Source: an uncultured Acidobacteriota bacterium
GTDB lineage: Bacteria; Acidobacteriota; Blastocatellia; RBC074
Assembly (NCBI GenBank): GCA_963796275.1
Contig: CAWCKY010000006.1
Location: 1,696,001-1,760,000 of the forward strand
DNA length: 64,000 nt
Reading direction: 5' to 3'
The position numbers and the translations under genes were made by a program. The notes below the pieces were generated by a model. The model was not told the origin of the DNA. It did not search any database and saw only the letters and a list, made by a program, of their open reading frames with translations. Below are positions 41,381 through 49,559 of this stretch, piece after piece (the stretch's first letter is position 1; each line of letters opens with the position of its first letter).

Positions 41381-44300
41381 CTAGCGCCGGCCGTCCAGAT
41401 TCGCCCACTCCCCCGACTGGATGAACGCTGCCCAGTAGAAGGGATGCCGCCACTGCTTGCTTCGCAGCATTCGCAACTGCACCTGCCTGAGCCCCTCGCT
41501 GCGTCCCTCTCCTCGCTGCAGCGCCCGGTAATAATCGATCATCAATTCTTTCGCACCTTCGTCGGTCACCGGCCAGAGGCTCATCACCTGGCTCTCGGAT
41601 CCGGCCAGGACCAGCGCGCGCCTCAACCCCTGCACACCCTCGCCATTCTTGATGTCTCCCACTCCCGTGTCGCAGGCCGAAAGAACCACCAGCCTGGTGC
41701 CCAACAAATCCAAACCGGCCACCTCCAGCGCGGTCAACACGCCATCGTTGTCCCCCTTCATGTTGCGATTGGCTCCCGACAATGCCAGGCCAGATCGCAG
41801 CAGGGGTTCTTCGATGTGCGCGGTCCACTTACTAAGCCGTAGAGCGGGGATTATGGGCGGGTTTTCGTCAGAAATGTCGTTCGTCTCTGTTGGTTGGGCT
41901 GGTTGATCGCTGAAGAAGAACCCGTGTGTAGCTATGTGTAAGATGCGCGGCGCCCGTGCTCGTTTGAGCACAGCTTCGGTAGCCTCCTGTTGCAGGAAAA
42001 CCGCAGCTTCCGGGATGACTGCCTTGATCGCCAGGGCTTCGGCCTTCGTCCCCGGCAGCGGCCGGAAAACGATCCCTCCCTTGCCCCGATTGCCCCGTTT
42101 GCCCCGATTGTCCCAATTGCCCAGTCTGCCCCGGGTCGATTTGCCTTCCCGCTCGGCGGACGGATGGCGAGGTGCCAGACCTCTGAGCTCCTCGTTCTGC
42201 TGCGAATGTCGCACCGAAGAGAGGATCGGCCACAACCAGCGGAACGCCCTGTTCGGGCGGTGAGTCTTGCAGCCGCAGCAGATCGCGCCCGCTCGTCAGG
42301 TAGCTGATGGTGTAGCGTTCGATCAGGTATTGATTCTGTTCGTCTACCAGCGCGGCGAAAGGAACGAGGTTGAGCGAGCCGTCCGGCGCAATCAACAGGC
42401 GGCCGATCTCGCCCAACTCGGATTGTAACGATGACCTGATCGGCCGCATGATCATTTCGTCGACTTCGCGGGCCAGACGCTTGACGTCGATCCGATTCCC
42501 GCGCAAAGCCTGGCGCCAGCCGTCCACCGCTTTATCGATCGGAGCCGCTTCGCCGAGGTCTACCCAGCGGGGCTGACCACTCGGTGCGAGCAGGTAAGCG
42601 ATGTAGCGTGCCGGTTCGCCCTTCAGGGTCGGCAGCTTTTGCGGAGTATAGACGACAAACTCGATGAGGGCGCTGTTGGCGGGCAGCGCTGCCCTGACGG
42701 CGGCGATAGTGACCGGTTGGGTTTGTGCCCGGAACCCGGCGCTTCTCGCGCTGAGCTCACCTTCGAGCTTATCGACCACTTCTTCGAGCGGCTTCAGCCG
42801 TTCCGGGTTTATTTCGGGCTTCGCATCGTCCGTCTCCTTGAGTTTGAGCGCGGCCAACTGCGAGCGGGAATTGGTGAGCCGATCGAAAAGCTCTTTGTCT
42901 TCCGATGTAGCGTGGCGCCGGAAAGTTGCGATGGTGTCTGTCATCGCATCGAGCCCGCGCGCTTTCCGGCGGAGCATAGTAGTGAAAGCGAGATCGAGCG
43001 CCTGCGGATCGTTGGGTGCCGCCTTATTGTGGAGCGTTAGCGTGAAATCGGTCCGTTTAGAGAAGCCGGCCAGATAAGCGAGTTTCTGGCGTTCGGAACC
43101 GGTGGCGAGATTGAGCGCGAAGTTTCGTTCGTCGATGCTGGTGGCGCGCGCTTGAAATGCGACGGCTCGCCCGATATCACCTTTTGCCGCGTATAGCACG
43201 GCAAGGTTACTGAGATAATCGGCAATGTCCGGATGGTCCGGGCCTAACGATTTCTCGCCGATGGATAGTGCGCTGTGAGCGAGGGGTTCGGCAATTGCAA
43301 AGTCACCTTTCTTGGTGAAGAGTGCCGCGAGACTGCTGAGAGTATTAGCGACCTCGGGATGTTCCGGTCCGTGAGCCCTCACCCAGATGTTCAGCGTCCG
43401 CTCGTATAAGAGCTCGGCCTTCGGGTAATCGTCCTTGGTCACGTTGAGCTCGGCCAGATTGAAGAGAACGCGAGCGACATCCGGATGTTCCGGGCCCAGC
43501 GCGCGCTCACGAATGGAGAGGGCGCGCCCATAGTAAAGTTCCGCCTTCGCGTAGTCTCCCTTTCTCGTGCTGTAAATTGAAGCCAGATTATTGAGGATGC
43601 GGGCAACATCCGGGTGTTCCTGTCCCATCGCTTTCTCCATGATAGACAAGGAGCGCTCGTAAAGTGGTTCCGCCTTGGCGGAGTCGCCCTTAGCCCGGTA
43701 GAGGTTTGCGATGTTGGTGAGAAATTTTGCGACTACCGGATGATCTGACCCCAGCGCTTTCTCGTAGATGGCCAGTGCGCGGCTGTACAGCGGTTCAGCC
43801 TTTGCATACTCGCCTTTGGCCCGGTGGAGATTGGCGAGATTGTTGAGCGCGGAAGCGACATCAGTGTGTTCCTGGCCCAGCGCTTTCTCCCCAATGGTCA
43901 ACGCGCGCCTATAGTAGGACTCGGCTTTCGCATAATCACCTGTATCACTATATAGGTTGGCGAGATTATTGAAAGAAGCGGCGACATCAGGATGTTCAGC
44001 TCCCTGTGCCTTCTCCCTGATGGCCAGCGCCCGCTCATAGTATGACTCCGCCTTCGCGTAATCGCCCGTGGTCTTGTAAAGGCCCGCGAGGTTATTGAGT
44101 GTAGCAGCGATAATCGGATTTTCCGGCTTCAGCGATTTCTCCATGCTTGTCAGCGCACGCTGAAACAAGGGCTCCGCTTTCGCATATTCGCCAATTTCAC
44201 TGTAGAGGGAAGCGAGATTAAAGAGCGCACTCGCGAAACCGAGATGCTCCGGTCCCAGTACCTTTTCACAAATTGCCACCACTCGTTCGACCAATGGAAC

Positions 44301-44897
44301 CGCTTCATAATAGTGGCCGGCGCGAAACAGTTTGGCGTATTCGGTGTTTATCTTGCGCGCCTCATGCAACGCGCGGTCATTTTCCGTCGCGAGTCGCTGC
44401 TCCACTACCTGAATCTCGTATTGCCCGACCGCCGCATTCTTATATTTCGCCGCTACCTCAAGCCGGTAGATGCCCGGCTCTTCCGCCGCCCAGGAAACAT
44501 TCTCCTGCCCCTTAGTGCTTCTATCACCATCGAACTCTATGATCTGCTTGCCATCCGGCTTAATCAGTTTCACCACCGTATCTATCCCATCCTGCTTGAC
44601 GACAACCTTGAGAAACTGATCGCCGTTCAGTCTGATCTGATAGCTATGCTGTTGCCCGCCCGCCAACTCGCTTTTGATCGGCTCTCCCTGCTTGAGCGAG
44701 GGAAAATCCATCTCGGTCTTGCTGCTCCTCGCCTCTTTAGGCGTTTGCAGCATCCGAACGTGCGGCGCAGACTGAGTTGATGGTGTTATTAATAAAGCGG
44801 AAAGCAGTAATGAGATCGGGATTCTGGACAGGGCTCGATTCTCTGCCTGCCGTTTCCGGATTTCTGAACCCGAGTAATTTGCACTCTGACGAGCCAT
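41381..44897 (-). CDS. Exported PPC-TPR-CHAT protease (copy D, ~9 TPR units); +1 frameshift at ~42079
   Basis: ORF 41868-44897 runs to GQSGQ, then ORF 41381-42235 carries IVFRPLPGT...HIATHG...LSACDTG. GGAG RBS upstream. Confidence 0.88.
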
Positions 44898-45233
44898 GGA
44901 GGTCCCTCACATAGTTATAGGTCCGCGTCTCTAAATATGACGGCCGTATGTTGTCATGCTGACAGAGCGCGAATATACGGGGGTGCGTGAGTAGGCAAGA
45001 CTTTCCGCATAGTACAACGGAATTTAGCGCAAATCGAATCGGTTCGGTCCTTCCTATGCCGACTTTCTTCAAAACTTCCCAATTATTTTTGTCTTAGACT
45101 CAGAAAAAATATGCTTGGCGAGGGGATATTCCGATACAACAATTTAACAATCAATATGCCCGGCTTCTATTGAATGATTACAACTCGCTGATTTATCATC
45201 GCAACGCCCTTTCACTAAAATGAAAACTGGAAC

Positions 45234-46289
45234 ATGGTGAGAAAGCAGTCAGCAACGATTGATCCCTTGCTCGAACCACTACTGTCGCCTATTGGCGACG
45301 AGGAGATCGATCAATTTCTCTCACAACTGATTGTCAGGCACGCCGATCCGGTGATCAAAGGGATCATCAGCTATAAACTCCACTTGAATTCGCAGAATGG
45401 AATCGGGCAGCCCGATGCCTTTGACATTCATCAGGAAGTCATTGTGCAGCTGTTGGCGGCGTTCCGGCAGCTACGACTACAGCCGGCGGCCCACCCGATC
45501 AGCGATTTGCGCGGGCTGGCGGCAGTGATTACTCATCGCACTTGCTCGCGATGGATGCGGCAGCAGTTTCCCGAGCGGCACGCGTTTAAAAATCGCATAC
45601 ATTACCTGCTCGTACGCCACCGAAATTTCGCGGTCTGGCAGAGCGAGAATAAACGACTGACATCCGGCCTCGCGGTTTGGCAGGGGCGCAGGGACGTCGT
45701 AAACGAGAAGCAGCTCAAGGAACTTTCGGATGATGAAGCGCTGCTCGTCCGCATCCGGCTACTCAAATTCAGCAGGCAGGCGGATTGGAGCGGCACTTTT
45801 GATGCGATTTTCAACCGGCTCGGCGGCCCGATTGAGCTAGACAGGTTGGTCGGTTATCTGGCCGCGCTGCTCCATATCGAGGATAGACAGATCGAATCTA
45901 TCGATCAGCTCGATGATTCCTTCGAACCGGAGGATGCGAACAGGGAGCACGATGCGGGATGGCAGCTCGAAAAACGCAGCTTTTTGCAAAGACTTTGGGA
46001 AGAAGTGCAGCTACTTCCGCTCAATCAGCGTGCTGCGTTGTTACTCAACCTGAGAGACCAGGAAGGAGAAGGGTGTCTGCCGCTTTTTCCGGCTCTTGGG
46101 ATCGCGACGGTTCGTCAGATAGCGGAGGCGCTCGAGATGCGCGCGGAAACACTGGCTGAGATGTGGAACGGATTGCCGTTTGAAGACGCAAAGATTGCTG
46201 AATTGCTGCAATTGACGCGTCAACAGATCATTAACGCGCGAAAATCCGCGCGGGAGCGGTTGACCCGGAGGCTGAAAGGATTTATATAA
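45234..46289 (+). CDS. Sigma-70/ECF-like sigma factor with long linker between regions 2 and 4
   Basis: Region 2-like DAFDIHQEVIVQL...LAAVITHR. Region 4-like LPLNQRAALLL...IAELLQLTRQQIINARKSARERL. Confidence 0.75.
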   Translation: MVRKQSATIDPLLEPLLSPIGDEEIDQFLSQLIVRHADPVIKGIISYKLHLNSQNGIGQPDAFDIHQEVIVQLLAAFRQLRLQPAAHPISDLRGLAAVITHRTCSRWMRQQFPERHAFKNRIHYLLVRHRNFAVWQSENKRLTSGLAVWQGRRDVVNEKQLKELSDDEALLVRIRLLKFSRQADWSGTFDAIFNRLGGPIELDRLVGYLAALLHIEDRQIESIDQLDDSFEPEDANREHDAGWQLEKRSFLQRLWEEVQLLPLNQRAALLLNLRDQEGEGCLPLFPALGIATVRQIAEALEMRAETLAEMWNGLPFEDAKIAELLQLTRQQIINARKSARERLTRRLKGFI

Positions 46290-46318
46290 ACGCGGTGAAT
46301 TAAGCGAGGAAACGCTGC

Positions 46319-47608
46319 TTGTCAGATCATCTTACGCAAAATCAGATTGAAAACTATAGCCGCCATTCGCTACCGGCTGCGGATTTGCTCTCCGTCTCCG
46401 ACCACCTCGCCTTCTGCGAGACCTGCCGCCAGCAGGTCCAATGGGCGCTCAATAGTGATGCTATCTATCTCGCGCTCAGATCCGAACTATTCGATCGTAC
46501 GCAACTCTTCTCACCTTCCACAGCTTACGGGCACCTGACATTTGAGCAGATCGTCGGAACAGTTGACGCAACCCTCGCCCACGATGAACTGCAGTCCGTC
46601 ACGGATCACTTGGTCTGCTGCCAACAATGTGTCATGGCAGTCGACGATCTGCGCGTATTTAAAGAGCAGATCGAACCCGAACTCGTCCTCCCGGATCAAC
46701 CTCCCGCTTTGGATTTAAAGAGCCTAACAGCCTGGCCTCGCTGGTTTACGTTGTGGCCCAAATCGCTGGTCTTCGGTTCGGCGCTGGCCGCGCTCTTGCT
46801 GGCTGTCTCCGGCTTGATGTTATGGCAGGCGTTCAAGGTAACAAAAAAGGATGCGCCGAGTACGGCCGTGATGACGCCCTCACCCGCTCCTTCAGCGCCT
46901 GTCCCATCCGGACCGAATCCTGGGGGCGCTACGGCAGTTGCGCTGCTCAACGACGGTGCGGGGCAGGTGAGGTTGGATCAGGCGGGCAAACTATCGGGCG
47001 TCGATCACTTGCCACCCGCTTATCAACAGATTGTAAAAAACGCGCTAACCAAACAGGAATTCGAAAGATCGCCGTTGCTGGCGGGATTGACTCCGAGGGG
47101 TATCACGCCGCGTGGCGGAGGGGATGAGCCGCGCGACAAGTTTTCATTGATCGAGCCGGTCAGGACTTTGGCCCTCTCAGAGCATCCGGATTTTCGCTGG
47201 TCGCGTTTGGTTGGTGCCTCGGTTTATGTGCTCGAGATATACGACGAAGAGTTCGACCTTGTGTCGACCAGTCCACGCATCGCCGGTCAGAGGTGGAGGG
47301 TGCGGCAACCGCTCAAACGTGGTGGCGTCTATTACTGGCAGGTAAAGGCGATCAAAGACGGCAGGGAAGTTGTCTCACCGCAACCGCCATCGCCCCAGGC
47401 GAAATTCCGGATTCTGGATGAGGCGAAGGCGAATGAGTTGGCGCGAGCGCGGCGAGCCTACGGATCCTCACGCCTGTTGCTCGGACTGCTGTATGCAGAG
47501 GCGGGATTGCTGGAAGAAGCCGAAGGACATTTTCGCGCCCTGCAGAAGGCGAATCCCGATTCCGCGATAGCCGCGCAATTGCTGCAGCAAGTACGGTCAC
47601 ATAAGTAA
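46319..47608 (+). CDS. Anti-sigma-like protein: two ZAS motifs, TM helix, Pro-rich linker, extracytoplasmic beta domain and TPR-like helix
   Basis: DHLAFCETC and DHLVCCQQC; TM LVFGSALAALLLAVSGLMLW; FRWS, YYWQVKA and LGLLYAEAGLLEEA. Starts 29 bp after the sigma gene. Confidence 0.82.
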   Translation: MSDHLTQNQIENYSRHSLPAADLLSVSDHLAFCETCRQQVQWALNSDAIYLALRSELFDRTQLFSPSTAYGHLTFEQIVGTVDATLAHDELQSVTDHLVCCQQCVMAVDDLRVFKEQIEPELVLPDQPPALDLKSLTAWPRWFTLWPKSLVFGSALAALLLAVSGLMLWQAFKVTKKDAPSTAVMTPSPAPSAPVPSGPNPGGATAVALLNDGAGQVRLDQAGKLSGVDHLPPAYQQIVKNALTKQEFERSPLLAGLTPRGITPRGGGDEPRDKFSLIEPVRTLALSEHPDFRWSRLVGASVYVLEIYDEEFDLVSTSPRIAGQRWRVRQPLKRGGVYYWQVKAIKDGREVVSPQPPSPQAKFRILDEAKANELARARRAYGSSRLLLGLLYAEAGLLEEAEGHFRALQKANPDSAIAAQLLQQVRSHK

Positions 47609-47851
47609 TTATCAGCAATTTGATGGCCGCTGATTTAAATGATCAGCCGAGCCTCGACAGCCATTCAGGACCCCGCCATCATTACTACCCTAGCACATAT
47701 TGTTTCCAGCTAAGTCGCGCCGGTGTTACAATCTTCCCAATAACATTATCAATTCAAGTGTTGCGGCGAGTTATTAATTGAAGGAATCGACAAAAGGGGC
47801 GGGGTGTAATCTGGAATTGTGAACAGATTTCCAGATAGGAGGATGTGTATC

Positions 47852-48262
47852 GTGATTAAAGAAATTGGGCAGCCGCAACTGACCAATGCCACCACAACGG
47901 CCAATAAATCCGCTTGGGGAGGATTTCCCAGCCCGGCCGATGATTACCTGCATCGCGCCCTCAATCTGAACGATCATCTCGTTCCGCATCCCATCTCCAC
48001 CTTCTTCATCGAGGTCAAAGGCGATGCGATGGCCGGCGAGAAAATCTTCGATGGAGATACGCTGGTGGTCGATCGAGCGGCCGATATTCGCGCCGGGCAC
48101 ATCGTAATCGCCGTCTCTGGCGGGGAGTTTATACTGCGCAAAATCGTCAGTCAGGAAGGCCGGTTCCTGCTTGTCTCCGATGATTCAGACAAGATGCCGA
48201 TCGAGCTGAATGACGCCTGTGAAATCTGGGGTAGGGTAATGTGGTCGCTCACCAGACACTAG
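47852..48262 (+). CDS. umuD: UmuD-like S24 family protein with altered catalytic residues
   Basis: GFPSPADDY...LNDHLV, GDAM, GDTLVVD, GEFILRK, WGRV. GTG start after AGGAGG. Confidence 0.75.
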   Translation: MIKEIGQPQLTNATTTANKSAWGGFPSPADDYLHRALNLNDHLVPHPISTFFIEVKGDAMAGEKIFDGDTLVVDRAADIRAGHIVIAVSGGEFILRKIVSQEGRFLLVSDDSDKMPIELNDACEIWGRVMWSLTRH

Positions 48263-48321
48263 GGAAGAATGGCAGCTGGGAATACGTGCGTAACGAGGCA
48301 AGGAATCAAAAGCTTCAGGAA

Positions 48322-49129
48322 ATGTTCGATCGCTATCTCACCCGTTGGGGCCTTATACCCGACGGCGAACCAATTACGACCAAAAGCAGTAGGCTGTTGC
48401 CGGTGAGGCGGGGCGATATGCCAGGCCATGCTTAAAATCGCGGTGGAGGCCGAGGAGCGGCGCGGGGCGGCTTTAATGGTTTGGTGGAACGCGGAAGGTG
48501 CGGCTCGCGTCCTGGCACACGAGGATAACGCCATACTGATGGAGCGTGCTATCGGCGAAGCATCACTCGTTGAAATGGCCAGGAATGGTCGCGATGACCA
48601 GGCAAGCCGAACGATCTGTGCAGTCGCGGCGAGGCTCCATGTGCCGAGGGATTATCCGCCACCATCGACGTTAGTGCCCTTGGCACAATGGTTCGATACA
48701 CTTGAGCCGGCAGCATCGAAGCAGGCAGGCGTCTTGAGCAGGGCCGCGAAGACGGCGCGCAAACTTCTGGCCGAGCCGCAAGAGGTCGTCGTTTTGCACG
48801 GAGATATTCACCATAGCAACATACTGGATGCAGGGCCGCGCGGATGGCTCGCCATAGACCCGAAGGGGCTGGTGGGTGAACGCGGCTTCGACTTCGCCAA
48901 TATATTCTGCAATCCCGATCTGGAGACGGCTACAACGCCTGATCGACTCGCGCGCCAGGCCTGTGTAGTGGCTGAAGCCGCGGGTTTGGACCGCGGGCGG
49001 TTATTGAAATGGATATTAGCCTATGCCGGCCTCTCGGCTGCCTGGACGCTCGATGACGGTGAGCAGCCTGAACTGGCACTGGCGGTAGCTGAAATCGCGG
49101 CCACGGAACTAGCGACTATCAGTCCTTAG
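48322..49129 (+). CDS. aph(6): APH(6)-family aminoglycoside (streptomycin) phosphotransferase, APH(6)-Ic-like; +1 frameshift at ~48424
   Basis: MFDRYLTRWGLIPDGE...LPVRRGDMP joins to MLKIA...LHGDIHHSNILD...WLAIDPKG...FDFANIF. Confidence 0.82.
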
Positions 49130-49525
49130 TAGAGTTTCCGTAGGGAGTTCGCCATAAATGGATGATAGAGAAAGCACGACCTGGGGAATCGGGGGGAAGT
49201 AAATTTATAGAGAATCGGCGCATCGTCTGCTGTAGTGTGTCCAACGGCTGCTTACCAGTTAGGTTCGAGGGGAAAGTAAGCTTGCCGAACTTGTCGCGGC
49301 ACCCACCTCCCCAAGCGCATGGGCCGCAGCGGTGAATATGAGTGGTTTGACATCGGCAATAATCCGACCAACCAAATCATCCGAAAGACAAACCCACGAG
49401 AAGCTCAGCGCCTTGTGGCGTGTGACCCCCCTTGTAACATTCGCCAGTCGGTGCCGACCGCGGGCCGAGACTAACCAGAGTACCAACAATATACCGCACT
49501 AGGTATCGAGACCTTTCGTTTTCTT

Positions 49526-49553
49526 TTGACTTTCTAATTCGTTAGGATATTAT
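49526..49553 (+). promoter_or_regulatory. Candidate sigma-70 promoter for the sigma-subtilase-RHS cassette
   Basis: TTGACT-16 bp-TATTAT in an AT-rich stretch at the start of the duplicated unit. Confidence 0.35.
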
Positions 49554-49559
49554 AGGATT

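Noticed and set aside
31410-44897. Type III-E CRISPR (Craspase) locus
   Set aside because: No Cas7-11 gene or CRISPR array, and these CHATs have export signals.
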